A stretch of DNA of 64,000 nucleotides from Macrostomum hystrix (lineage: Eukaryota > Animalia > Platyhelminthes): positions 11,222,001 to 11,286,000 of the forward strand of contig CATNEN010000038.1 in the NCBI GenBank assembly GCA_950097015.1, in the 5' to 3' direction. Both the position numbers and the translations under genes were made by a program. This document shows positions 1 to 12,344 of this stretch, one piece after another. Below the pieces are notes generated by a model that searched no databases, was not told where the DNA came from, and saw only the letters and a program-made list of their open reading frames with translations. The stretch's first letter is position 1, and the number at the start of each line of letters is the position of its first letter.

Positions 1-568
1 TATTTAAATAGATAGCATAAGAGCAGTACAGAGATGGACTCGACATTCCACAAAGATTGCGGTCTTACAGAGAAGTAAAGAATGAAGGCTAATGGCTACA
101 GTCGAAAGATAGTTAGCATAAGCGCGAGCACTTCTCATTGCCTGAATAAAGAAAGATACCTCTGTTAGAGGAGCCAGAAAAATATAAGACAGCACAGCAG
201 GTAAACTTAAAGTAGACATAATACAAAATATGGATGGAACAGGTGAAGCGAAAAGCCAATGCTTTATTATAGTCAATGCTTGACATTCTGCTGAACTGGG
301 GTGGCGGGTTTCGCTTCTCGCGAGGGCCAGGGAGGAATGAGTTTTATGGCTCGACTCTGAATGTACATTCTTCAAGTGTACACTCCACCCCTCCAGGCGA
401 GAACGAGGCGGAGGAAGGAAGGTGAAGAGAGGGGTTTGAAAACGCGGGCGGGCGGGCCGTTTTATCGCCCAACCCCCACCCCAGCCCATCCTACCCCCGT
501 ATGTCTCCCGGTTGGTAAATTCCCTACAAATCTCAAATCTCACTACAAGCACACTTCCTCCGCTGCAG

Positions 569-3500
569 AGGACGAGTATGAGAAGATTCAGGACAACTCG
601 TCATCGGCAGTGTACGCGCCAACAGCGAGGACAACCACTGCTTATACGGCTTCAGCGTCGGCAGCGGCTGTAGCGGCCAGAATGGCAGACGACGCGCCGG
701 CGTCTGTCGAAGCGACTGTCGTAACGCAGCGTCCGGCCCAGTGCGGCAGAGCCGCCGCCGACGCTCGAAGGTTGGCGTTGGCTCGCCAAATCGACCAATG
801 GAGTCAGGACGCCAGCCTGCGGCATGACCTGTGCAGTCGATCCGACAGCCGGCTGCGCAACGGTTTTGTGTCATGCCGAGTTCGCAGCCACGACACCCTG
901 CTGCGAAAAGTGTGCATCGGCGCCAGCATCGACGACCCAAATGCCAAACTTGGCGCTGAGAATGCCGAGCAGACTCTGCTCATGCTGCTCACTCGAGAGG
1001 ACGGCGGCGATAGGCTCGAATTCCTTGGCGGCCATTGCGACAACACAGACGAAGCCGACTGTCATCACCAGGATTCGAATCAGCCGCAGTGCCCGCCGGA
1101 GTCTCGCTCCCTAGCCGAGGTCCAGGTGCGCCACAGTCGCAGCGCATATTTGTCCACGGCTAGCAACTATTTCTACGGCATGACGGCTGTTGACAACGAC
1201 GTCGTGCACGACGATAACGATGGCCAGGGAGGTGACGACGGTGTAGAGCAAGTCAACGGTCATGGCGAGACTGGTAGGTCATCCTTGTGAAATGAATAAG
1301 ACTGTTTAACAGTAGGACTACCAAGCCATTTTGCCACCCTTAGCCTGAATGCGTTGGGTGGTGACTGATTGGTTGACAGACTAGGCGATGGTGTCCTGTG
1401 GTTGAGCTGCACCTAGTATTTAGGCGTGAGCAGTGAAATTGGAGAAATTCGTGTCAGGCTGTCCATAGTGGCCTGTTTCCTCCTCTCGTAGCCCTTGAAG
1501 GTCCAGCAGTCCGTCAAGATAAAGGTAGGTGACCACCGACGACGGAGATGATGTAGGCACATTCGGGTGACATGCTGCTAAATTTTGAAGGCCTGGCAAG
1601 GCCGCAATGAAGCGCAGTGCTAATTTGTGTATAGCGTAAAAATCTGACTTTCGGTCAGAACCGTTGAATATCTCGATGGACTGAAGAGCTAGTAACTTGA
1701 TTCTTGTTTTAGAAGATGCGCAACAAAAAGTAATTCTGCTATTTTCTATTTCTACCTTGGTAAAGTACATTATAGAACATTTCTGACGTCGCCCCGCAGA
1801 AGAAGCTTCCGTCAGCGCAGCCGCTAACAATGACGATGACGGGCACTGGAACGGCGATGGCATCTCCGACCTGGATCTGTCCGCAATGTCCCAGCAGGGC
1901 GGCAGTTGTCCAGTTCGATTGGCCCTAGCCCAGGCTAGATTAGCCGCAGCCTCCGGCAGCTCAGTCTGCAGCGGCGGCGGCTTCTTCGGCGGCCGTCGGC
2001 GACGCGACTTTCGCAGCGACACCCGGCTGCACTGGATGTCGCTGGCCTACAGCGACGACGCCGGCGGTGGCAGCGAAATCTTTGGCGACGCCAACCGCAG
2101 CGACGACGTCTACGGAGGCAACGGTGGCGGGGGCGGCCGTGGTCGTGGTGGCCACGACGCCACGTCGTCCGACTTCGAGAGCTGGTCGTTTTCCCGCTCC
2201 GACCTGTCCTCATCAGCCGGCTCCTACGCCTTGGAGCTGCAGGATGGCGGCAGCCGCGTTCGTCGAGTCGGCGGCATCAGCTGTGACAGCCTGGACGGCG
2301 GCGATGGGTCAGTGATTTGTAACAACTGTGCAGTCGCAGCTTTTGTGCGGCGCATCTGAAGGCTGCGTACGGCTGTTGAGTCCATGGACAGGGGGGCGGA
2401 CGCCACACCCACCCTCAATTTCCCCAGCTAATGCTGGTACCCTTTAAACAGCTGGGTGAACTGAAGCAATGCAGAGTTGCTAAAGCCTGTAGGATTCAAG
2501 TTGTTTTAAGTTGGAGTCGAGAATCGAACCCCCGACCTTCAATTCATGAGTCCAAAGCTCCAGCTACTAGGCTACAACCCCCACGGTCAGTAAACTGTCC
2601 TTAAAAGCCTTAAATCTCACAATCTCAACAATTTCTGTTTGATGTTCTACTCATTCAATCACAGGCGCTCAAACCGATCGACAGCCGACCAGACAAAATC
2701 TGCCCAAGAATCGCTGCGATTGGTTGAGCGTGCAGATCAACGGCTCTACCAACGCTACTGCGGTTCGAATGCCGACTCAGCATCAGTGGTTGCTGATCCT
2801 GAAGCCGTCGCTGCTGCTGCTACTGCTGCTGTTGCTGTCACTGCCAGCGAAGAGGATCAGAGCGGTGAGTTTAGTTCTCAAGACTCAATAACTAGTAACT
2901 CCCGCCGTTTTTACGTGGGGGGGGGGTCGAGTGGCACAGCGGTTAACGCGTTTGCCTCTCGCACCAAGGTCCCTGAGCTCGATTCCGCGGCTTGTGGCGC
3001 AGCCGCGGAGAGAAGGCTTGAAGGCTTGTCGTGCCACTCTCCAAGGCACATAGAGAGTGTACACTGCCTGACGATGAGATGTACACATCTGTGTGAGTGT
3101 GTGCTCAGGAGTCAGCGGAATAGGCAGAATTGCCTCCTCCTTGGCTTCAGTTCTAGTGTCACTCTAAATGATGTGCCATTGCACACAGCCCTCCTGCGTT
3201 ATCGATTTCGAACTCGGGACCTACAAAGCAATTTGGCTATCAAATTCTCAAAACCGCTTAGGCGAAATTTTCGTTTCATTTTCGACGCCATTTCGCAGGC
3301 CTTGACGAAAGCAGTCACTCTAGCTTGACCAACAACGACCAGCAGGACATGGACCAGCTGCACTGGGACGACTATCCACCGCATCTGTACTCGGATGCCG
3401 ATGAAACCGACGGCGACAGTCGGGCCGATGCGGAGGCACTCCTTGATGACAGCCAGCTGTTGTGGGAGATCGACCAGCTGGACAGTGGCGTCGGTCCGAC

Positions 3501-6500
3501 CCCGCCGACGCCGTTAAGGCGAAGGAAACGGAAAGCGACTGCCGACAACTCAACCGAGCTGCAGCTGGAGCAGGAGAACTTTGAGGTCAGTTAGTCTTTG
3601 GGATTCAAAATTTTAAGTGAAGTTTCTAGGAATCGACCTGACATTTCTAGGAATCGAATCAAAGTTTCTAGTAACTGAAAAGTTTCTTGAGGCGAACTTC
3701 AATTTCTCGGAGTCTAACTAAAGCTTCTATGAATCGAAATAAAGTTTCTAGGAATTGAACTGAAATTTCTAGGAATCGAGTTGATATTTCTAGGAATCGA
3801 ACTGAAGTTTCTAGGAAGCAAAATAAACTTTCTAGGAATCGAGCTGACATTTCTAGGAATCGAGCTGACATTTCTAGGAATCGAACTGAAGTTTCTAGGA
3901 ATCGATCAGAATTTTCTAGGAATCAACCTTAATTTTCGGGGTTTGTAATGAAGTATCAATAAAATTTCCAAGTTTAATGTAGGACTGTGTATTTTAATTT
4001 CACGTTAACAATCGTATATTTCAGTAGTTCAGTATGTAAAAGTTTAAAAATTTATGTAAGTTTGTAACTTTTTAATTATAATTAAAGACGTGAAATTGTG
4101 CAAATCGTTAAAATAGAAAAATAGTCGCTTTTGTGGAGAAATTGCACTTAAATTATCTAGCCAATTAACTCTAGCTAATGCGCAGTAACGAATGGTTAGC
4201 CATGATTATTTTCTCCATAGTGATTTTTCTGCTGCGAAGAAAAATGTACTCAAACGCTTTGTGTTTGCCGAGCTCACTCACTTGTACCGAACTTAACTGT
4301 AGGCAAAAATGAGTCATAAAATTTAGTTACTTCAGCCCTACGAGTGGGGCATATTTTTTTGTCATTGATAAGATCATGTTTTAGGGTCATGCTGTGTGTC
4401 ATAATCCGGTCATGCTGTGTGTCATAACAGGGTCATGCAGTGTTCATGATTGGGTCATGCTTTGTGTCATGATTGGGTCATGCTGAGTTCATGATTGGGT
4501 CATGCTGAGTTCATGATTGGGTCATGCTGAGTTCATGATTGGGTCATGCTGAGTTCATGATTGGGTCATGCTGAGTTCATGATTGGGTCATGCTGAGTTC
4601 ATGATTGGGTCATGCTGAGTTCATGTTGGGTCATGCTGAGTTCATGATTGGGTCATGCTGAGTTCATGATTGGGTCATGCTGAGTTCATGATTGGGTCAT
4701 GCTGAAGGGTGAACTGAAGCACTAGGGGGATTCTGTATCTCGCTCAATAACATTGAATTTCGAACCCCTGACCTTTCGATCAAAAATCCGTAGCTCATTG
4801 CCAGCCAAGTCCATCTCCCAAACTTATTCTTTCAGACCCTGCAGCCATTGATCATTGTGGAAACTGACGAGATGCAGGCAGCCTCCGTCCAGCCGCCCGA
4901 TGTCACCGTGCTCGACTGCGTCGACGGTGCCGAAATCGGCGATGTTGACGATTTCGTCTTAGACGCCCACTCTGCATCCGCCTGGCGTCGTCACGCCGAG
5001 ATTAAAGACGCCGCCGAATCGGCCCACTCGCGTTGCCTAGCAACGGACGAGTTCGACGCCTCCTCAGCCAACATGGCTGCTGGCGTCGAGCAACTCGACA
5101 GAATGATTGATGAACTGCGGGCACACCTTGCCACTGCAACAGCGGAGTCTCAGCAGCTGCGAATTGACTGCGGCGATGGCAGCGTCAGAAGCCACCACCG
5201 ACACCTGCTCAATGAGAACTGGACCCTACTCACCAACTGGCTGCGGGCAGACCTCGACAGGTGAGTCACCTACGCCACTACCCATCTGCCTACCCCACTA
5301 CCCATCTGCCTACCCCACTACCGACCTGCCTAACAAACTGCCCATCTGCCTACCCCACTACCCATCTGCCTACCCCACTACCCATCTGCCTACCCCACTA
5401 ACCATCTGCCTACCACCCTACCCATCTGCCTACCCCACTACCCATCTCCCTACCCCACTACCTATCTCCCTACCCCACTATCCATCTGCCTACCCCACTA
5501 ACCATCTGCCTACCCCACTATCCATTTCCCTACCCCACTACCCATCAGCCTACCCCACTAACCATCTGCCTACCCCACTAACCATCTGCCAACCCCACTA
5601 CCCATCTCTCTACCCCACTATCCATCTGCCTACCCCACTAACCATCTGCCTACCCCACTAACCATCTGCCTACCCCACTACCAATCTCCCTACCCCACTA
5701 ACCATCAGCCTACCCCACTAACCATCTGCCTACCCCACTACCCATCCCCGCAGCTGTCAATCAAGGCGGCAGTCGCTTCACTTGGCCTTCGAAGCCATGC
5801 TCGAGCTGGAACATCTGCTAAACCGCTGCGAGCAACTCATCTGTCAGGAGCTTGAACGTCTTCGACGCGTTGAGTCTCGAGCGGCCGCAGTCGATTATCA
5901 GGGCAGCTTTGATGACGATTTAGCGGTGAGGGCGACTTCATTGTAAACAGTTTTTGTCTAAATTTTATTAGGAATTTCCTTATGATTCTACTTACCATTG
6001 TTAGTCAGTAGTCAGCATATACAGACAATCTAGAGTGTTTCTTTAAAAACTTAGTTTCTCATAACATTTTGATTTCTAACTTGATATTAATATGATTCTA
6101 AATCTGAATTACTGAATCCCAAATCCTGAATCCCACATCCCAAATCCTGAATCCCACATCCCAAATCCTGAATCCCACATCCCAAATCTTGAATCTCACA
6201 TCCCAAATCCTGAATCCCACATCCCAAATCCTGAATCCCACATCCTGAATCCTGAATCCCACATCCCAAATCCTGAATCTCACATCCCAAATCCTGAATC
6301 CCACATCCCAAATCCTGAATCCCACGTCCTAAATCCTGAATCCCACATCCCAAATCATGAATCCCACATCCCAAATCCTGAATCCCACATCCCAAATCCT
6401 GAATCCCACATCCCAAATCATGAATCCAAGCCAAGCTCAAATAAATCCAGACATGTTACTTAACTTCCGCAATTATAATTTATTTCCACTCTAGGAGGCC

Positions 6501-6971
6501 GCCCGAAGCGTCGAGTCAGCCGCGTCCCTCGCCGACCGCTGCGCCGCCCTGTTCAACTCCGGAGTAATCATTGCCCACCTGACGGTGTCGGCGCACTCTC
6601 AGATCGAGGCGCGGATCGCCGACGCCGTGTCGAAGTCGGCCCGTCTGCAGCGTCGCTACAAGCACCTGGCGGTTGTTGTCGTCCGATCGACGCCGACTTC
6701 GACGGAGGCGTCACCGACGAAACAGCCGAGGCGGCGAAGCTTCTGCCGCTGTGTGGCAGGTCTGACCGCTGCCGGCTGCCTGCTGCTGCTGCTGCTGCTT
6801 GTGCTTGGCTGGCTGCTGCTGCTGTTGCTGTTCCCAGCTGGCCGGCCGGTGCCAGTTGCTGTTACGCCAGTCCAGACTGACTGGAGCTGCCATGGCGGCT
6901 GGGCCAGCTGGCTGATGTCCCGCCTGCTTCCGGTGCTGCGCGAGACCCGGCCCAATGGAGCGCCCTTCTGA
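569..6971 (+). CDS. KASH-domain outer-nuclear-membrane protein (klarsicht/nesprin/ANC-1-like), 5' incomplete; exons 569-1273, 1800-2307, 2665-2864, 3299-3585, 4836-5260, 5754-5925, 6495-6971
   Basis: All six introns are GT..AG with consistent phases (1,2,1,0,2,0), giving one frame of about 920 aa. The C-terminus is a basic patch, a Leu-rich TM helix, then DWSC...LLPVLRETRPNGAPF*, resembling KASH (DYSC...FHPMLRYTNGPPPx). W-acidic motif LHWDDY in exon 4; helical segment in exons 5-7. The acceptor at 568 is the least certain boundary. Confidence 0.8.
2300..2585 (-). mobile_element. tRNA-derived CORE-type SINE (family A)
   Basis: Reverse strand has a tRNA-like head (B box GGTTCGATTC), a CORE-like block (ctctgcattgcttcagttcacccagctgt) and the tail catggact..cagccttcagatgcgcc shared with copies at 15258 and 37505. 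Confidence 0.8.
2915..3195 (+). mobile_element. tRNA-derived SINE family B (probable Nin/Deu-domain SINE)
   Basis: Head gagtggcacagcggttaacgcg..gagctcgattcc recurs at 32240, 63698 and 63935. Body (gccgcggagagaaggcttg, aaggcaca..gagtgtacactgcc, gcctcctc) recurs at 24165-24385 and resembles Nin/Deu domain motifs from memory. Confidence 0.65.
3620..3930. repeat. Degenerate ~21-bp minisatellite (tttctaggaatcgaactgaag)
   Basis: Tandem units visible in KASH intron 4. Confidence 0.85.
4385..4705. repeat. 22-bp minisatellite (tcatgctgagttcatgattggg; 2x11-bp subunits)
   Basis: Direct tandem repeats. Confidence 0.9.
4706..4800 (-). mobile_element. SINE family A fragment
   Basis: gggtgaactgaagca and ttcgaacccctgacctt match the reverse of the CORE block and B box. 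Confidence 0.55.
5268..5748. repeat. 20-bp minisatellite (cccatctgcctaccccacta) filling KASH intron 5
   Basis: About 24 tandem units running from just after the donor to the acceptor. Confidence 0.95.
6112..6430. repeat. 21-bp minisatellite (aatcccacatcccaaatcctg; 7-bp subunits)
   Basis: Tandem units; explains the GCGIQDL pseudo-ORF. Confidence 0.95.
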
Positions 6972-7074
6972 CCAATCCTGGATCTCCCTGCCACCTGCAG
7001 CTGATGGCTTTTGCTTTTTTGTTTTAACTCTCCATTTGTCTAATAGCTCAAATTCATCATTCCTTGCTCCGTAG

Positions 7075-7530
7075 ATCCCAAATCCTAAATCGTAAATCCT
7101 AAATCACAAATTTTAAACCTTGAATCCTAAATCACAAATCCTAAAACCTAAATCCCAAATCCTAAGTCCCAAATCCCAAATCCTAAATTCTAAATCCTCA
7201 ATCCCAAATCCCAAATCATAAATCCCAAATCCCAAATCCTAAGTCCCAAACCTAAAACCTAAAACCTAAATCCAAAATCATAAATCCCAATCCCTATATC
7301 TCAAATCATAAATCCCCAATCCTAATTCCCAAATTCTAAATCCTAAATCCCAAATCCTAAGTCCCAAACCTAAAACCTAAAACCTAAATCCAAAATCATA
7401 AATCCCAATCCCTATATCTCAAATCAGAAATCCCCAATCCTAATTCCCAAATTCTAAATCCTAAATCATAAATCCTAAATTCTAAATCCTAAAAATTCCA
7501 AATCCCAAATCCAAAATCACAAAATCCCTG
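7075..7530. repeat. 7-bp degenerate repeat (aaatccY)
   Basis: Tandem aaatccc/aaatcct units downstream of the KASH stop codon. Confidence 0.9.
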
Positions 7531-8263
7531 ATTATCCCCATTAACCTAGTGCCTTATTTTCGGCACTTTTCGAAATCTTTTTCTTGACAACATCTTTTGC
7601 TTTCTTGTTGAAAAAAGTCGCTACAAAAGGTAACTCAGTCCATGGACAGGGACACGAATTGGGACGAGAATAAAATCAGTTGCAAGATTAGATTTTTGCT
7701 GTGAAAAGTTTCATTAAATTAACTGAATCCACAGATGTGTAGTTTGTTCTGTTTAATGATTTTATATTTGTTTGCGATGCATCCTAGTATTTTAACTACA
7801 ATTTTAGTGACATTGTTATCCATTTTCTGTTTGGCATATTTCTGTTTCACCTTGTATATATAATATATAATAACGATTCGCATTGTTTGCTTTTTGTCAT
7901 TCAGATTAGAGGAATTCTGAGAGCCATAAGAATTCGCATGTATAAATCGAATCCAAGATTTTCTATGCCTCGTAAAATTAGAAGACAGAAAAGCACTACA
8001 CACTACTGAAATTGATTGGAAAGTAGCGTTATCTGTTATTGATAAAATATTGTCAAACGCCATTGATTTGTATGTTTTACGGACCTCCTTGCCCGCGATT
8101 GACTATTTGCACAAGCTTTCCTTTACTTGTCTATTGGTCAGGGAATAAAATGGAATGACGGATAACAGCTTTCCCGCTGTCTGGCCGAGTGCCGCTTTTG
8201 AATCCACTTCGGCACAATCTACTTTTGCAGCAGCCCTTCCTACCTATGCAATGTTTGGGGTTA

Positions 8264-9282
8264 GTGAAGGGGCGGAAAGATGATGAAGGGGCGGAAAGAT
8301 GTTGAAGGGGCGGAAAGAAAGGAATGTGAAGAGGCGGAAAGACGGTAATGGTGAAGGGGCGGAAAGAAGATGGTGAAGGGGCGGAAAGAAAGGAATGTGA
8401 AGGGGCGGCAAGAAAGGAATGTGAAGGGGCGGAAAGACGGTAATGGTGAAGGGGCGGAAAGAAAGGAATGTGAAGAGGCGGAAAGACGGTAATGGTGAAG
8501 GGGCGGAAAGAAAGGAATGTGAAGAGGCGGAAAGACGGTAATGGTGAAGGGGCGGAAAGAAGATGGTGAAGGGGCGGAAAGAAAGGAATGTGAAGGGGCG
8601 GAAAGACGGTAATGGTGAAGGGGCGGAAAGAAAGGAATGTGAAGGGGCGGAAAGATGATGAAGGGGCGGCAAGAAAGGAATGTGAAGGGGCGGAAAGACG
8701 GTAATGGTGAAGGGGCGGAAAGAAAGGAATGTGAAGAGGCGGAAAGACGGTAATGGTGAAGGGGCGGAAAGAAAGGAATGTGAAGAGGCGGAAAGACGGT
8801 AATGGTGAAGGGGCGGAAAGAAGATGGTGAAGGGGCGGAAAGAAAGGAATGTGAAGGGGCGGAAAGACGGTAATGGTGAAGGGGCGGAAAGAAAGGAATG
8901 TGAAGAGGCGGAAAGAAGATGATGAAGGGGCGGAAAGAAAGGAATGTGAAGAGGCGGAAAGACGGTAATGGTGAAGGGGCGGAAAGAAAGGAATGTGAAG
9001 GGGCGGAAAGACGGTAATGGTGAAGGGGCAGAAAGAAAGGAATGTGAAGGGGCGGAAAGATGATGAAGGGGCGGCAAGAAAGGAATGTGAAGGGGCGGAA
9101 AGACGGTAATGGTGAAGGGGCGGAAAGAAAGGATGGTGAAGAGGCGGAAAGAAGGTAATGGTGAAGGGGCGGAAAGACGGTAATGGTGAAGGGGCGGAAA
9201 GACGGTAATGGTGAAGGGGCGGAAAGAAGGTGAAGGTGAAGAGGCGGAAAGACGGTAATGGTGAAGGGGCGGAAAGACGGAA
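8264..9282. repeat. Compound minisatellite, core gaaggggcggaaaga with a few alternative linkers
   Basis: Core alternates with aaggaatgt / cggtaatggt / agatggt / tgat linkers. Confidence 0.95.
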
Positions 9283-10514
9283 TTTCCAAATCGACTTTGG
9301 ATTAGTATCAGTTAAAATTCGTCCACAGCTTGTTGCTAAATTAGTTTCATCACTAATCGCAGTTTAAATATAGGCTATAATTATTGCTGCGTGTAGTTGG
9401 TAATTAGTATTTTAGTTGCACAGTTTTGTATAAAGGATGCTGGATTTGAGATCACAAAAAAATGCGACTTTGAAATCCCACATCGCAACAAACAATTGCA
9501 CCCGAGTTGACACCGTTTTTTTTCTATTTCGATTTTTTCGGCGCGTTGGCCCAGCGCCAAATTACTCACCCCTATCTGTCTGTCATTGCCTACGGAGATT
9601 ATCTTGCCCGTCGTCTGTGCCAAAGCGTTCAATTTTGTTATTACCCAACAGCTATATTTGCCTTGAGGGATGCATGTGTGGGTGCGTGTTGTTGCCAAGA
9701 TCGCATTAAAGTCGGAACAGTTGTGACTGGCCGTTCCCAAAGTTTTCATCCTAATTCCTCCTAGCAACCAGCACGGAGATTGGGATCTCATTGTCAATAT
9801 TACCCCATGGCAAGGGTTGCCAGTCATAGTGCAGTGTGTATTTTGAGCAGGATTTGGCAATAGTTACCTACCGAAGGATCCAAGGCCGACTACTCAATCA
9901 AGTTTGTCTACTCAAGACTCCAGGTGGGGAGTTAAGAAAGATTGTCTTTGGCACTGTGCCCACAGCATCGGGTGCTTGAGTGCTCACGCAACTCAAACTG
10001 GAGTACGGGGTACCGCACTCCAGTTGCCAAGTGGCTAGATGCGACAGAGAAAAAACCGGTGCCCTTCCCAACCTTTCATTTGTTTCCAAGTGGATCTACG
10101 AACAATTGCGTCACCACCTATTGTAGGAAATTAAAAATAAATTCGGTATTGTTCACAATTGAGCCGTTTTTTATTGAGCTGGCCGCTAATCCTAGGAAGC
10201 AACGGACATTGTTTGCAATTATCACACCAACTACTAAACCAGCCCCCGAGGGTGAAGTACCTGGTGAAATTGGTGACCTATGGCAACAACAGTTTGTGAA
10301 ACAAATCGAATGTGTCGTTGCCACGCAAAGGTATTGCACCTGGGCTTTTGTTTGCTATTGTTGCGAAACTTACAGTTTAAGCAACTGCTTTTTATGGCCT
10401 TTCCGTTGAGAGCAGGGTCGACGAAAATCATGGGAGAATTCAATGGGATAAGAGATAAGGAAAAGAGGGGGAGAATCGATGGGAGAATGGAATGGGATAA
10501 GGGACTAGGAAGTG

Positions 10515-11567
10515 AGGGGAGAATGGATGGGATGAGAATGGAATGGGATGAGAATCGATGGAGTGAGAATGGATGGGATGAGAATGGATGGGATGAGAAT
10601 GGATTGGATGAGAATGGATTGGATGAGAATGGATTGGATGAGAATGGATGGGATGAGAATGGATGGGATGAGAATGGATGGGATGAGAATGGATTGGATG
10701 AGAATGGATGGGATGAGAATGGATGGAATGAGAATGGATGGGATGAGAATGGATGGGATGAGAATGGATTGGATGAGAATGGATGGGATGAGAATGGATG
10801 GAATGAGAATGGATGGGATGAGAATGGATGGGATGAGAATGGATTGGATGAGAATGGATTGGATGAGAATGGATTGGATGAGAATGGATGGGATGAGAAT
10901 GGATGGAATGAGAATGGATGGGATGAGAATGGATGGGATGAGAATCGATGGGATGAGAATGGATGGGATGAGAATGGATGGGATGAGAATGGATGGGATG
11001 AGAATGGATGGGATGAGAATGGATGGAATGAGAATGGATGGGATGAGAATGGATGGAATGAGAATGGATGGGATGAGAATGGATGGGACGAGAATGGATG
11101 GGATGAGAATCGATGGGATGAGAATGGATGGGATGAGAATGGATGGGATGAGAATGGATTGGATGAGAATGGATGGGATGAGAATGGATGGAATGAGAAT
11201 GGATGGGATGAGAATGGATGGGATGAGAATGGATTGGATGAGAATGGATTGGATGAGAATGGATTGGATGAGAATGGATGGGATGAGAATGGATGGGATG
11301 AGAATGGATGGAATGAGAATGGATGGGATGAGAATGGATGGGATGAGAATGGATGGAGTGAGAATGGATGGGATGAGAATGGATGGGATGAGAATGGATG
11401 GGATGAGAATGGATGGAGTGAGAATGGATGGGATGAGAATGGATGGGATGAGAATGGATGGGATGAGAATGGATGGAATGAGAATGGATGGGATGAGAAT
11501 GGATGGGATGAGAATGGATGGGACGAGAATGGATGGGATGAGAATCGATGGAATGAGAATGGATGGG
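10515..11567. repeat. 15-bp minisatellite (gagaatggatgggat)
   Basis: About 70 tandem units; source of the WDENG/HSHPI pseudo-ORFs. Confidence 0.97.
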
Positions 11568-12344
11568 AAAAAGTTTCATCTGGGAATGAACCAAGTGGCA
11601 AAACAGTGGTTAAAGTGAATGAACACAGCGAGTTCGAAAACAAGAACTCGAACCAGGTGCAACAAATTTGTGACAGAGAATTCGCATTTTTATTTCATGA
11701 ATATGTCAAAGTTATTCCTTTCAGCTCCAGTCACGCCAATTTCGCCAATTCGTGATATCACACGCACAAACACGCAAGAAAGCCTTGATATGGTTTTAAA
11801 CAATTGATAAACAACCAGTAAATTCCAGTGACACATTATTATTTAGCATAGCTCGCGTGTCCGGGAATGGCTTGTTGTTGTTTATTTACCTTCAAAATCC
11901 ATAGCTTTGGTCAGTAAATCTACTGTGTATATTCTATGAGAACACACTTATTAGTTTGTTACAAACTTTTAGATTTTATCCTTAAGAAATTAGAGAAGGG
12001 CTTACAGATGATTGTGGATTTGTATTCCACGCTACACTAGAATCAGTGGGAGCATTGTGCTCACTCTAAATCCCTTTCTCATTAGCCCGTAATAAATGGC
12101 TAGCTTTATAGTCTCCAAGCGTGTTTCCAGCAGCCACGCCAGGATAAGAACAGCATTTAACTAAGGCATGCGTTAACTAAAGTCGATGGGAAACTCATGT
12201 TTAAACTGTTTATTGGAGCGCGGAATGCTTGAGAATAGCCGGTCTTGGCTGGTGAGAAGTTGAATTTAGTTTGTTTTAAATAGTGGGATTAACTCTGTTG
12301 CTTAGTTTTGCCTTTCTTTCTATACAAGCAACAGAAATTAAAAT

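Noticed and set aside
1-360. Possible LINE reverse-transcriptase 3' remnant
   Set aside because: Only a faint AVQR-like similarity with stops; not supportable without a search.
3060-3125. Hammerhead ribozyme core (CTGACGA) in SINE body 2
   Set aside because: No correctly placed stem II plus GAAA and cleavage triplet could be built in both copies.
7075-7530. Telomere-like repeat
   Set aside because: Degenerate 7-mer aaatccY, not TTAGGG; interstitial and related to neighbouring minisatellites.
8264-9282. CRISPR-like repeat-spacer appearance (also 25105-26388, 58480-59174)
   Set aside because: Linkers are reused rather than unique, no cas genes, eukaryotic context.
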